Position numbers and translations under genes: made by a program. 64,000 nucleotides of DNA from a virus. Below the pieces are notes generated by a model. That model saw nothing but the letters and a program-made list of their open reading frames with translations. It made no database searches and was not told where the DNA came from. Shown here piece after piece: positions 26,741 through 36,611 of this stretch (position 1 is the stretch's first letter; every line of letters starts with the position of its first letter). The stretch spans positions 1-64,000 of IMG/VR virus record IMGVR_UViG_3300042922_000661. One strand, 5' to 3'.

Positions 26741-29167
26741 TTAAAGCGTGGCAATTATGTCGTTGACCGTTTTGCGCGTCTCACTTTTGCAGGACACGGA
26801 ACGGCGCGTGGCCAGCGGGGTTATTCTGAAGCCGTTGCTGATATACAGATGCAAAATGGCAGGCGCACTGCTGTTTGTGATCACCACTTTTGCGCCACGG
26901 TCACGCGTAGCCACCAGGCATTCCACCAGCCGAACCTGATCCGCAAACGTGAATGAGGTGCCGCTGTAGGCCGTAAACCCGGTTTCGTCCGGCAGAGGCT
27001 CATACGGCGGATCGCAAAACACTACGTCACCTTCACCCGCCTGCGCGATTACATCCTCAAACCCGGCACACATGAACGCCAATTCTTTCTGCATGCCGGT
27101 GAAGTGCGCCAGTTCATCCATCGGGAAATAGTTCGCCTCGCCCTTCTTATTCCAGCCCACGTTAAACAGGCCTTTCTGGTTATATCGGCACAGTCCGTTA
27201 TAGCTGGTGCGCATTAGCGCCAGAAAAAGCGCTGCATGGCGAACAGCGTGTGCCTTGCGCCCGTTAAACTCGGTCCGAATTTCTTTATGCGCTTCACCAG
27301 ACATACAGCCACGCTCCAGCTGGTAGGCCGTCTTAATTACGGCATCAGGATTGCCCTGCAGCTGATTGAACAGGTTAATCAGGTCCGGGTTAACGTCACC
27401 CAGCAGATTGCGCTTAAAACCTGCGTTGATGAAAACCGTGCCACTGCCGACGAACGGCTCAATCAGGCGATTTCCTGCGGGCAGCATTGCCAATACTTCA
27501 TCCAGAACGGAGTATTTACCGCCCGCCCATTTCAGGAATGAACGGGGGTACTTGTCGTCCGAAACCTTTCGCGCCGGCGCACGCTTTTTCTTTGCCGATT
27601 GCGGCGCGGGTAGGGTAGCTGGCTGCGGTTCAGTTTCGCCATTCACCACCATGATCTGATTGGCAATGCGGTTGCCAATCCAGCGCATAACCGGCACGGG
27701 CATAGAGTTGCCGATCGCTTTATAGCGTGGACCATCAGCCGCCAGCCGGTGCGCCTCTTCTTCTGGCATGTCGGGGTGCATCAGGTGGAGGTATGCCAGT
27801 TCATCAGCGGCAAGAGTATTGCGCTTCTTATCCGGGATCAGGGTCCAGCCATCCGGGAAGCCCTGCAGACGCTCACACTCCTTTGGAGTAAGGCGGCGAA
27901 CTTCGCAATGACTGACTACAGACGGGAAGCCCTGGCCGGGTTTCCCGCCACCAGCTGACAGCGCGCCCGTGATCTGGCCATCACCATTAAACAACCGGAG
28001 CTCACCACGGGTGTTTTCAGCAAACGCAGCATGTTCCACGCAACGGGCCACGCATGGTGCAGCATCACCTTTGCCGCTTTCCCCGGATTCAGCGCTAAGC
28101 GCGTGGCAAACATCAGCCATGTCACCGCGGCCGTTACGCGCTATGCGTGTCTGGAAACCATAAGCAACGGTCGGCGTGCCGCGCCCGGAGCCATCCTCTG
28201 AGGCGTCGTGACCTTCAGCGGTCAATGTGTGGCTAACCTCGCCCGTGGCGCTCTGCACAGCAAATGTCTCGACGTCAAAATCATTGCGCTGACCTTTAGC
28301 CGTTAGGCACGCGGCCACGTTGAGCGCTCCGGAGCAGTTGCCGCCGCCAAACGCAGAAATTAAATAACCGGCTGCGGCATGGGAGAAGTCAGGGCCACCG
28401 ACTCCAGAGCCGTTAGCAGTAAGGGGGGCAACTGCCTGCCCCGTTTCTCTGCGCGGCGGAGAATCCCGGCGCACGCCGTCGAACTCAAGAAGTACTTCTG
28501 CGGGATCAACGTCGTTTCGAGCACTTGAGACAACGAACACACGGCGGCGGCGTTGGGCCACTCCGAAGTATTGGGCATCGAGCAGTCGCCAGGCGAGTTT
28601 GCGCTGTCGTCCGTAAACACAACCAGACTTTGGCCACTTCGCCACATGCTTACCTTCGCTTTTTTTCCAGCGCCAGCCGTGGCCGTTTTTGCCGGGTTCA
28701 GGTCGTGGACCTGGTTCGAACGCTTCATCTTCGCCAGCCATTCCGGCAAGGAAGTATCCAAATGCGTTGTCGTCGGTACTGAGACTTCCCGGCACGTTTT
28801 CCCACAGGTGGACGGCTGGTGGCTCGCCGTTTGAGACTCGTTTTTCATCAATGGCATTCGCTAAATCTACATAGGCAAGAGTGAGTTGACCGCGTGGGTC
28901 ATCAAGGCTTTTACGGAGTCCGGCGATCGAGAACGCCTGGCACGGGGTACCGCCAACCATCACGGCTGGGGCAGGGATAGAGCCAGCGCGAACGCTGGCA
29001 GCAATCTTGGTCATGTCGCCCAGGTTAGTGACGTCGGGATAGCGGTGCGCCAGCACGGCCGCGGGAAACTTTTCGATCTCCGCAAACCATGCGGCTTTCC
29101 ATCCCAGCCCTTCCCACGCCACGCTGGCCGCTTCTATGCCCGAACAAACGGAGCCGTAGGTGATCAT
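26741..29167 (-). CDS. dmt: Bifunctional DNA cytosine-C5 / adenine-N6 methyltransferase (Dmt)
   Basis: N-terminal C5 motifs (CSGIEA, GTPCQ, ENV, Q.RRR, GNS); C-terminal Dam motifs (KWAGGK, EPFVGSG, DPPY). Confidence 0.93.
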   Translation of the reverse strand: MITYGSVCSGIEAASVAWEGLGWKAAWFAEIEKFPAAVLAHRYPDVTNLGDMTKIAASVRAGSIPAPAVMVGGTPCQAFSIAGLRKSLDDPRGQLTLAYVDLANAIDEKRVSNGEPPAVHLWENVPGSLSTDDNAFGYFLAGMAGEDEAFEPGPRPEPGKNGHGWRWKKSEGKHVAKWPKSGCVYGRQRKLAWRLLDAQYFGVAQRRRRVFVVSSARNDVDPAEVLLEFDGVRRDSPPRRETGQAVAPLTANGSGVGGPDFSHAAAGYLISAFGGGNCSGALNVAACLTAKGQRNDFDVETFAVQSATGEVSHTLTAEGHDASEDGSGRGTPTVAYGFQTRIARNGRGDMADVCHALSAESGESGKGDAAPCVARCVEHAAFAENTRGELRLFNGDGQITGALSAGGGKPGQGFPSVVSHCEVRRLTPKECERLQGFPDGWTLIPDKKRNTLAADELAYLHLMHPDMPEEEAHRLAADGPRYKAIGNSMPVPVMRWIGNRIANQIMVVNGETEPQPATLPAPQSAKKKRAPARKVSDDKYPRSFLKWAGGKYSVLDEVLAMLPAGNRLIEPFVGSGTVFINAGFKRNLLGDVNPDLINLFNQLQGNPDAVIKTAYQLERGCMSGEAHKEIRTEFNGRKAHAVRHAALFLALMRTSYNGLCRYNQKGLFNVGWNKKGEANYFPMDELAHFTGMQKELAFMCAGFEDVIAQAGEGDVVFCDPPYEPLPDETGFTAYSGTSFTFADQVRLVECLVATRDRGAKVVITNSSAPAILHLYISNGFRITPLATRRSVSCKSETRKTVNDIIATL

Positions 29168-30072
29168 CGGTGCGCCTCGCCGCCCAGCGCTTCCATCAGC
29201 TCGGAGAAGAAGGCGGAAAACTCGGACGTGAAGAGCATGAAATCAGCCAGCATGCGTGCGCGCTGATCCTCGCGGTCGATATCATCATTCTGTTGAGTGA
29301 GCATGTCAGCGTACTTAATGCTCTTGATACTCAGGTCTTCCGACACGCGGCAGAAAATGCGCTCCTGCCAGTCAAGGCTAAGCTGTGTAACCAGTTTCCC
29401 GGCCTCAATGTGCGTGCGCACCTCGTCGCTCAGTAAATCCTGCTTTTTGCAGCGGATCTTGCCGCCTTCCTCCAGTATGGCCACCAGCTCGGCCTCGTCG
29501 CCCAGCGCAAAACCGGCAGGCAGTTCTGCAGCACGCAGCCATTCAGTCAGCGTCAGTTCAATGGATTCACTGGTCATCATCGGAACAACCGGCAGGGAGC
29601 AGATGCTTTTGCGCAGCAGGGCCAGCATATTTTCAGCGGATTTAGCGCTGGCCGCGTCAACGTAGATACGGTTATTAACACTGTCTATCCAGATATAGGC
29701 CTGTGAGCGGCGGGAAAAGGCACGCGGAAGAAGCACATATAACGCTTCGTCTCTTAGACTTACTCTTTCGCTACGGCGTACTTTTCGCGCCTGTTCACGC
29801 TCTATTTTCTCAACTTTCTCGGCAACATAATCGTTGAGCGTGGGCGCTGGCATAATTTTTGTTTCATGCTGGCAACACAGCAGGTATTGACCTTTTTCAG
29901 CCAGCAGAAGGCCGTCTGAAGTTACGTTGATCCAGCCTGATTTAGCCATGTCCTGCACGGTGCAGGGAGAAAACGCCATAGCCTGCAACTGCTGCTCCAG
30001 TTCCTCCGCATCGAGCGGGATATCCCGGTTCAGGCTGTAGACCATGACGTTTTTAAAGAAGGGTGATTTCAT
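29164..30072 (-). CDS. rdgC: Recombination-associated protein RdgC (P1 HrdC-like)
   Basis: 302 aa; FKN..VY, LLPRAFSR, LLRKS..SLPV and ADF.L motifs. Confidence 0.92.
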   Translation of the reverse strand: MKSPFFKNVMVYSLNRDIPLDAEELEQQLQAMAFSPCTVQDMAKSGWINVTSDGLLLAEKGQYLLCCQHETKIMPAPTLNDYVAEKVEKIEREQARKVRRSERVSLRDEALYVLLPRAFSRRSQAYIWIDSVNNRIYVDAASAKSAENMLALLRKSICSLPVVPMMTSESIELTLTEWLRAAELPAGFALGDEAELVAILEEGGKIRCKKQDLLSDEVRTHIEAGKLVTQLSLDWQERIFCRVSEDLSIKSIKYADMLTQQNDDIDREDQRARMLADFMLFTSEFSAFFSELMEALGGEAHR

Positions 30073-30102
30073 TCAGGAATGTCTCAACTTAAAGAGTTGA
30101 TA

Positions 30103-30126
30103 CATTCTAAATAAAATTTTAGAATT
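30103..30126. promoter_or_regulatory. Candidate C1-type operator pair overlapping the rdgC promoter
   Basis: ATTCTAA-ATAAAATT-TTAGAAT; the 16-mer AATAAAATTTTAGAAT is identical at 42177-42192. Confidence 0.5.
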
Positions 30127-30136
30127 TAAATATACA

Positions 30137-30745
30137 TTACTGACTGAACTCAAACTGCGGCGCAGTAGCGCTGAACGGTCCGTCAGACTGGAACACGATT
30201 TTCCCGCCACTCTTGATAGTGAGATTCCCGCCCACATCGATCACCAGATTCCCCGGCCCCAGCAGATAGATATCTCCGCCTTCATTCATACCGATACGCG
30301 AACCGCTGGCCGTATTGGTTATCTCATACCCGCCACCAGCAGAACGGATCTCCAGCAGATTATTGCGGTGCGATACAAAATCAGCGGTCGCATTCAGAGT
30401 AGGGCGCGCAGGCGCACCGTCTACAGCTGGTGGTTCATACCCGCTACCTTGCCCGGAGGCTTCAGGCGCAACGTTTGGCACGCCACCAGGTGCTGACTGC
30501 GCCGCGCCGGTGATCAGCGGGCGACGCGTATCCGGGCGCCCGCGGCCATCGATGTACGGAAATTCCACCCATACCTGATCGCCTATAATGCCGGGAACAA
30601 ACGTGTTGCCAATCGGAAGCTGATACTCCGCCCACGGCAGCGTAGCGGCATCCACGTCCGCCCATTGCGGCGTAAGGCGGATCTGCGCTCGCATCTGTCC
30701 TGCAGGGTCATTGGTGGCCGTGATAATGGCGCGTTGCTTACTCAC
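30137..30745 (-). CDS. Baseplate central spike (gp5/gpV-like)
   Basis: 202 aa; OB-fold motif LPWA...P..GDQVWVEF..G...P and a beta-helix C-terminus. Confidence 0.85.
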   Translation of the reverse strand: MSKQRAIITATNDPAGQMRAQIRLTPQWADVDAATLPWAEYQLPIGNTFVPGIIGDQVWVEFPYIDGRGRPDTRRPLITGAAQSAPGGVPNVAPEASGQGSGYEPPAVDGAPARPTLNATADFVSHRNNLLEIRSAGGGYEITNTASGSRIGMNEGGDIYLLGPGNLVIDVGGNLTIKSGGKIVFQSDGPFSATAPQFEFSQ

Positions 30746-31731
30746 TGGTTGGGTACTCCTAAAATCATGCGCGTGGTGTAGCCAATTCGGTCCTCATGGT
30801 GAATGACCGCAAGGGCGATAAAGTTTTTCGGCAATGTTTCGTCTACCTGGTTTTCCGGGTCATAGCGATGGATCTGCACGCCTATAACCATGCCAGCGGT
30901 AATGTCCGCGTTGCCGCTAACCTCAATATCCAGCTTGGGAATCATCACCCGCGCCATGTTAGTGAGCGTGGCTACATCGGCGTCGGAAATGTATTTGACC
31001 GGTTTGGTCTTATCGCCCACGGCAACGTAACCATCTGTCATTGAGTAGCCCACATACTGATAATCACGGCTGCTGGTGGCGGCGGCGTCCTGGTTGATGT
31101 TGCTCAGCTTGCTGATCGTGTACTCGGCCTGCGGGTTATTAGCCTCATAGACAAACGTCGCCTTTGTACCAACCAGCTTGACCATATCCTTCATGCAGAA
31201 TTTACCGCGGGCGCACCAGACCAGTGCGCCATGGTCTTCTGCCATCTGGCGCAGCACGCCGGACGGCTTCTCGCCCATATTCAGGTGATAGGTCATCGCT
31301 TTGCGGAAAGCGTCAGCCTCAATCGTCATTGGACCGGCAAACTCTGTCATCACGTCGCCTGGCTGGCGATCGGCATACAGACGCACGCGGGCTGAAGGAG
31401 TTTTGAGGCGCTTTAAATCTGCTGATACGGCGATGATGCGCACTACGTCACCGCTGGCGGGCGCGGACGTCACGAAAAACGTCTCTTTGTACGCGCCGCG
31501 CTGCCCGGTCGGATCGCCCAACTCAGCCACCAGCGTAGCGCCGTGGCGTGCGCCCATTTCATCCACCAGCTTTCCTGCTGGATCGTGTACCTCAAGCACC
31601 AGCAGCGGCGCAGTCAGGGAAGTCTTCTCAATGTAGAGTGCCGACGTTACCCAGCTACGCGGCATTTCCCCGCCGTTGATGGTCACGGATTGCAGAAAGT
31701 ACTGCATGGCTGTTTTTTGCTGATCAGCCAT
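30742..31731 (-). CDS. Baseplate hub protein (gp6-like)
   Basis: 329 aa; hub-like C-terminus G...I.AG.VI...V.H; synteny. Confidence 0.8.
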   Translation of the reverse strand: MADQQKTAMQYFLQSVTINGGEMPRSWVTSALYIEKTSLTAPLLVLEVHDPAGKLVDEMGARHGATLVAELGDPTGQRGAYKETFFVTSAPASGDVVRIIAVSADLKRLKTPSARVRLYADRQPGDVMTEFAGPMTIEADAFRKAMTYHLNMGEKPSGVLRQMAEDHGALVWCARGKFCMKDMVKLVGTKATFVYEANNPQAEYTISKLSNINQDAAATSSRDYQYVGYSMTDGYVAVGDKTKPVKYISDADVATLTNMARVMIPKLDIEVSGNADITAGMVIGVQIHRYDPENQVDETLPKNFIALAVIHHEDRIGYTTRMILGVPNQ

Positions 31732-32504
31732 CAGTTGCCCTCCGGTGCCAGCTGGGTGTCATGACGGACGCTGCGGGCTGTGACCTCATGCGCGGTCAGC
31801 ACATCCACCATGACGATCATGGACGCCTGACAGGCGTAAATGCGCTCCTGTGTGAACGGCGGCGACATATCGCTGAACATGATGGATTTAGCATCCTGAA
31901 TGCTGCAGTTGATCTCAACAGGCCAGCGAACCAGCTTTTCATGTGCAATGAAGTTGGTTGCGAGGCGGGATCGGAAGTTCGCGGCCAGCGTGTTGCACAT
32001 CAGCGACAGCGTATCCTTGTCGCTGGCCAGCAGCGTGATTGAGTAGTTAAGCGAGGCCTGTGTGGCTTCAATCTCCGCCAGTGGCATATTGTCCTGCGAC
32101 TGGTCGGTAAAGCTGCCGTACCGGTGGCGGTCAATCTCCTGATCGTTGTTGTCGTAGGTGATATCAAACCCACGCGACAGGTTAATCAGCGGCAGGGCAT
32201 CACGGTTCAGCTCCGGCATGTCCGACGCCTTCACGCTGCGGCGTCCGGCGCCCGCCTGGCGCACGGCGCGCAGAAACTCCATGACGTCATCAAATTTGCC
32301 GACGAAAACCCGATCTTCCGGTTTTCGCGCCAGGAATGAGGCGTAGCGCTGCTCATGCTGGCGCGGTTCCTCCTTTACGGCGCTGCTGAATACGTCATTC
32401 AGCGCCGTTGCTACGGCGGCATCGGCGGCGGTAAAGCCCGTACTCTCCACCTTGCCGGTACGTGTAGTCTTCCATTCGCGGGTACGAGCAAGCAGCTGTT
32501 TCAT
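31731..32504 (-). CDS. Tail terminator protein (gp24-like)
   Basis: 257 aa; LP.I.L.R.F...YD motif like T4 gp15-type proteins; synteny. Confidence 0.7.
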   Translation of the reverse strand: MKQLLARTREWKTTRTGKVESTGFTAADAAVATALNDVFSSAVKEEPRQHEQRYASFLARKPEDRVFVGKFDDVMEFLRAVRQAGAGRRSVKASDMPELNRDALPLINLSRGFDITYDNNDQEIDRHRYGSFTDQSQDNMPLAEIEATQASLNYSITLLASDKDTLSLMCNTLAANFRSRLATNFIAHEKLVRWPVEINCSIQDAKSIMFSDMSPPFTQERIYACQASMIVMVDVLTAHEVTARSVRHDTQLAPEGN

Positions 32505-33262
32505 TCGATTCGTCCGTTGCTGGTGGTGTCAAAGTTGCGGGCAGGAATGCAGTAGTAAAGCGATCCGACGTTCTGCGTACCGAAGCCGTAAATGCGGTGG
32601 ACGTACCACCAGCGACGCGCCAGATTGCCGCTGGCCATCTCTTCATTCCACTCAAGGATTGAGCCAACCGGCACACCTTCAGCGGCAATACGCAAAATCA
32701 GCACGTCGTCGGTCAGCCCGTCCTGTTCGCTATCGGCATCGAGCACCTGGAAGCTCTCGCGCTCGTCCGGACAATCCAGCACCGTGACAATGACCGGTTC
32801 GGCATCTTCATAGCTCAGGTGGCGCTGGTTATTGTTCAGCTCGGTAAACGACGGCTGTTCAAAACCGGTTTCGTCGTCAACCTCGCCCACATCGTGCATA
32901 TCTGGCAGGTACAGCAGCGCCTGAAACGCGCTGAAATCGCTCTCTATCGCCTTAATCCAGTCACGGCGGACCATGTTGTTAAATGGGGCGTGACCTTTGT
33001 AGCGCGGCTTCAGCGCCGTGCTCTGTTCGCGTGCGGCAAGTGTCTCCGGTAGCGGGGCGCTCAGCGGGTCATAATCCTCACGGCTACCGCCGTCAGCGTC
33101 ATCGGGTGGCGTGGCGGCGGACGTCGGGGCTGTGTCCAGATCGATAACCGCGTTGCTGCTGTCCGGCATATCTGCGGCGGGAGTGTGTTGCTCAGTTTCA
33201 CTGCTGGTGGCCTCGTTGATCGTGGGGGGATTGTCAGCCAGAAATTCGTCGTAGCGTCCCAT
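32501..33262 (-). CDS. Neck/stopper protein (gp7-like)
   Basis: 253 aa; P1 order 26-25-7-24-6-5. Confidence 0.6.
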   Translation of the reverse strand: MGRYDEFLADNPPTINEATSSETEQHTPAADMPDSSNAVIDLDTAPTSAATPPDDADGGSREDYDPLSAPLPETLAAREQSTALKPRYKGHAPFNNMVRRDWIKAIESDFSAFQALLYLPDMHDVGEVDDETGFEQPSFTELNNNQRHLSYEDAEPVIVTVLDCPDERESFQVLDADSEQDGLTDDVLILRIAAEGVPVGSILEWNEEMASGNLARRWWYVHRIYGFGTQNVGSLYYCIPARNFDTTSNGRIE

Positions 33263-34479
33263 TACTGATTACCTGCTTTTGTCTGGTTCTTTGCGTATTC
33301 AATGAACATCTTTTCAGCCTGGGCGCGGGGTGTGCCGCTCAGCACCAAGACATCAATGAACGTCTGGCGCTGGATCTTCGCCTGGTCGGCCAGCTGCTGA
33401 CGCAGAAGGGCATTTTTAGCCTTTTCGTCCACCAGCTCGGCCTGCTTCTTAGCTGCACGGGCGCGCTCAGCTGCCGTCACCTTTTTGGCGCGTGTCAGTT
33501 GGCCGCGCAGTTTGTCGATCCGCCCGTCGTCGTTATCCAGCCGCTTAGCCAGCGCACCCATGCGCTTCTGATACTTCTCATGCTCACGCTTAACGGCCGC
33601 GGCATTGGTCTGCGAACTGCGGTTACGGTTGAACTTAGCCTTGTCGGCGTCGGTGAAGTGCTCAGTGGTTTTGCGCGGATCGTCGCCATAGGCGTTGTTA
33701 CCGGCGCTTTTGTGCAGTGCCTGGCCTATGCGCACCTGCCATGAGGCCGATTGCAGGCGAGTGAATGCATGAATGACGTGCTTACAGGCGACGCCTTTCA
33801 GGTTCGGGTTTTTTTCTTTCGGGTAGGCATACTCTTTTGGCGGGGCAAGGGCAAAGTTGCCAGCTGTTGCAATGTAGCGATACCAGTACTGGTGACGGCC
33901 ACAATCGCAATCAAAAGAGACGCGGCCTGCGCAGAGGCGCTTAGCAACTTTGGCTGCGCTGTCTTTGGCATCGGTAACTTCCTCGATCAGCTGATCCCAC
34001 TCTTCAAATCGGAATTTCACGCGGTGATGTTTATCCAGCGACACAGAGGACGCTTCCACACTCACCGTCAACACGTTGTGTTTGAGCGTGGTGGGCGTGG
34101 CGCGCTTAATGCCAGATCCATCGTCTACGCGGTTGTTGGCGCGTTTAATGTCAATCTGCTGACTACTGGCCACCAGCTGCGCATACGTGATACCTGCCTG
34201 GGAGGAATTGAATTGCTGACGTGCGCCGGCGCGGTTCGCCTCAAACCCTTTCAAATCCTCTTTCGTGTAGAACGTGCCGGACTTCTTTTTGCCCAGGGCA
34301 ATGATGTCGTCCAGCGCCTTGTTCTTCAGAGTCAGCGGATTGAGCGTGCGCCGCGCTATGCGCCGGGATTTACGGCGGTCTTTATCGATCTGGTCGAATA
34401 CGCGGGAGAACTCTTTGGAAGAAAGCCCCCTGGTTGAGTAGCGCCCCGATTCGGTGCGGGTAAACGGAGTATCAGCCAC
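33262..34479 (-). CDS. Tail stability protein gp25-like with SWIM-type zinc finger
   Basis: 405 aa; CDC...CKH motif; coiled-coil C-terminus. Confidence 0.7.
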   Translation of the reverse strand: MADTPFTRTESGRYSTRGLSSKEFSRVFDQIDKDRRKSRRIARRTLNPLTLKNKALDDIIALGKKKSGTFYTKEDLKGFEANRAGARQQFNSSQAGITYAQLVASSQQIDIKRANNRVDDGSGIKRATPTTLKHNVLTVSVEASSVSLDKHHRVKFRFEEWDQLIEEVTDAKDSAAKVAKRLCAGRVSFDCDCGRHQYWYRYIATAGNFALAPPKEYAYPKEKNPNLKGVACKHVIHAFTRLQSASWQVRIGQALHKSAGNNAYGDDPRKTTEHFTDADKAKFNRNRSSQTNAAAVKREHEKYQKRMGALAKRLDNDDGRIDKLRGQLTRAKKVTAAERARAAKKQAELVDEKAKNALLRQQLADQAKIQRQTFIDVLVLSGTPRAQAEKMFIEYAKNQTKAGNQ

Positions 34480-34804
34480 TGATCAGCTCCGGCTTTCCGC
34501 CAGCGAAGTCGCGTATGCGCCCGCGTATCCACGCCATATCCGGCAGGGAAAGCGTCTGGCCAGCTGGCAGCGGCTCCATTTCTGACTCTATTCCACACAA
34601 CAGGCGGAATACCCAGCGCAGGTCTGCGTTTCCTTCATAGGCGCGGTATGCCGCCAGGTCAGCACGGAATATCTCGTCAAGGCGGATGGTGTAGTCGCTA
34701 TTATCTTCGTGAAATGCGGCAGAGCGTTTGATCACTTCCTGGTGGAAGAGACTGCGCAGCACTACGTCACTGATGGAACGATCGTCGAGGCGGTTATAAC
34801 TCAC
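34472..34804 (-). CDS. Baseplate wedge LysM-like protein (gp26-like)
   Basis: 110 aa; R.DL.AYR.Y....LRWV...L..G..L.LP pattern. Confidence 0.75.
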   Translation of the reverse strand: MSYNRLDDRSISDVVLRSLFHQEVIKRSAAFHEDNSDYTIRLDEIFRADLAAYRAYEGNADLRWVFRLLCGIESEMEPLPAGQTLSLPDMAWIRGRIRDFAGGKPELISG

Positions 34805-35454
34805 AGAATGCGTTCCTCGTCGCTGATGCGCTTTCCTGCCAGCGACTCCGGCACGTCCTCAACCGCTTTGAACTTCTCATAGCCGATGATGCGTTTAAGG
34901 GAGTCCATAACGGACGGCTTCGCCTCAGCGGTCGCTGCTGTCATGGCATTGATGTAGTCCGCTGACGCCACGTTGTTGTAGCCCACAGCAAAACAGCACA
35001 AGATGGTGAGCACCTGCTCCGGGCGAATCTCGCGCCAGTTGATCCTGTAGACCTCTTCGCCGCTGGCGTTGTATTCCACTTCAACAATGGTGTCGGGCAG
35101 TTCAAATGAACCTTTGTTCTCCACTGGCAGAGCAATATTGTCCTGCAGTAAGAGCTCGTTGTATCGCTCGATGCCGGTGATCACCGCTGCGCGTCCGTCA
35201 CTTCCCCGCGTTTTGAGTGACACATGGTTGCCACCCACAGCATTTGCCACCTTGCCGGTGGCTTCATCCACCAGCACTTTAAAGCCCTGCTTACGCAGCG
35301 CTTCAACGTAGGGGGTAAGTTTGACCAGCTGCGCACGCATGCCTTTTGGCAGCTTCTGCGCTTTTGACATAACGAGCGTGTGCTCTTCGTAAATGGCAGT
35401 GATCGCCATTGGCTGGTTGGTCGAAAGACTGATTACTGCAATTTTCTGTTTCAC
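34801..35454 (-). CDS. Hypothetical late-operon protein
   Basis: 217 aa; GTG start; stop overlaps the gp26-like start. Confidence 0.65.
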   Translation of the reverse strand: MKQKIAVISLSTNQPMAITAIYEEHTLVMSKAQKLPKGMRAQLVKLTPYVEALRKQGFKVLVDEATGKVANAVGGNHVSLKTRGSDGRAAVITGIERYNELLLQDNIALPVENKGSFELPDTIVEVEYNASGEEVYRINWREIRPEQVLTILCCFAVGYNNVASADYINAMTAATAEAKPSVMDSLKRIIGYEKFKAVEDVPESLAGKRISDEERIL

Positions 35455-35583
35455 GTCTGTACCCCTGAAAAGACGAAAGGCCGCTAATAGCGGCCTCTCT
35501 GGCTTTTAACGTTCCCAACCGCGCGTTGCAGATTAGGTAAGTTGTCAAAAATTCCATCAGGGAACCGCTAACAGCTTGGGGCG

Positions 35584-35604
35584 ACTGTAAGCGGTTTGTA
35601 CTTT
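35584..35604 (-). promoter_or_regulatory. Putative late promoter of the gp26-gp5 operon
   Basis: AAAGTACAAAC-CGCT-TACAGT on the minus strand. Confidence 0.65.
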
Positions 35605-35639
35605 ACGAAGTTAGTGTCAATCACTCTTTTAGAATTTTT

Positions 35640-36506
35640 TTAAAAGCCAACTTCCTGCTCTTGTTGAGTCTTCTCAGCATTGATTTGGTCTACTTTACTA
35701 CTCACTTTATCAAGCCAGTTGAAAAGCTCACCAACATACTGTTTTATTGCTTCTATGTATTCGTTAATCAAAGACTCAGTAATTTTTATTTCCTTCCCAT
35801 CTTTATCACGACCATTTCTATGAGCCACGTGATGTCTTAAGGCCATGGCTTTATTAATTTTTTTATTTACATCGTGAGGTATATTAAGTATATGCACGTT
35901 ATGCACACCTAATATTTTAGCATAGTAAGTATTTACTTTTGGTATATTGTGATACAGCATTTCCGTTAATTGATAGTGGATTTTTTCATCTATAAAATCA
36001 GTAGAATTTTTTCTTAAAACTTCATTCAGCGTGAATTTTTGAGTAGCCAGTTCATCTATTCCATTAATCGCATTTTTCCTAAAGAAATCATCGGATAGAG
36101 TGACGTTTTTTAACATATCACCCAAACAAGATTCCATGAGGGTTACTGCATAAGAGAAACGCATCTTTAGGGCTATATCTATCAGGGTAGGATCTGAAGG
36201 TACAGGAAGGCTAAGTAGTTTATCTAGCTGATACTTGAATTCATAATAAAATTCGCTGAAATCATTTTCTTTTGACCAAACTATGTCATCTTCATAGAAA
36301 TAACTAGCCTCATCAATATATAACTCTTCGTCTATCTCACCTTGCTCCATTTTTTTGTCATATAGCTCAGCACACTCCGCCCATTCATCAGAATCTTCTA
36401 ATACTCCTTCAGCTAAATGTGCTTCAATCCAATTTCTTTTTTGTGTTTCTTCTAAATGGTCCATTATTCGATCTTTCGTTGCACCCATTAAACTATCCTT
36501 ATCCAA
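35640..36506 (-). CDS. HEPN-domain protein, putative RNase / anti-phage effector
   Basis: 288 aa, AT-rich; RHHVAH (Rx4H) followed by RNG; upstream T.ME..L motif; acidic N-terminus. Confidence 0.75.
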   Translation of the reverse strand: MDKDSLMGATKDRIMDHLEETQKRNWIEAHLAEGVLEDSDEWAECAELYDKKMEQGEIDEELYIDEASYFYEDDIVWSKENDFSEFYYEFKYQLDKLLSLPVPSDPTLIDIALKMRFSYAVTLMESCLGDMLKNVTLSDDFFRKNAINGIDELATQKFTLNEVLRKNSTDFIDEKIHYQLTEMLYHNIPKVNTYYAKILGVHNVHILNIPHDVNKKINKAMALRHHVAHRNGRDKDGKEIKITESLINEYIEAIKQYVGELFNWLDKVSSKVDQINAEKTQQEQEVGF

Positions 36507-36611
36507 TTATAAAGCCGCATTAGAGCAGTCTATGTAGCTACGACAATATTTAAACATTTGAGTTTTTCTTAACATTACTTTAAGTGATATCACCATAAAG
36601 GTCATCGGGAT

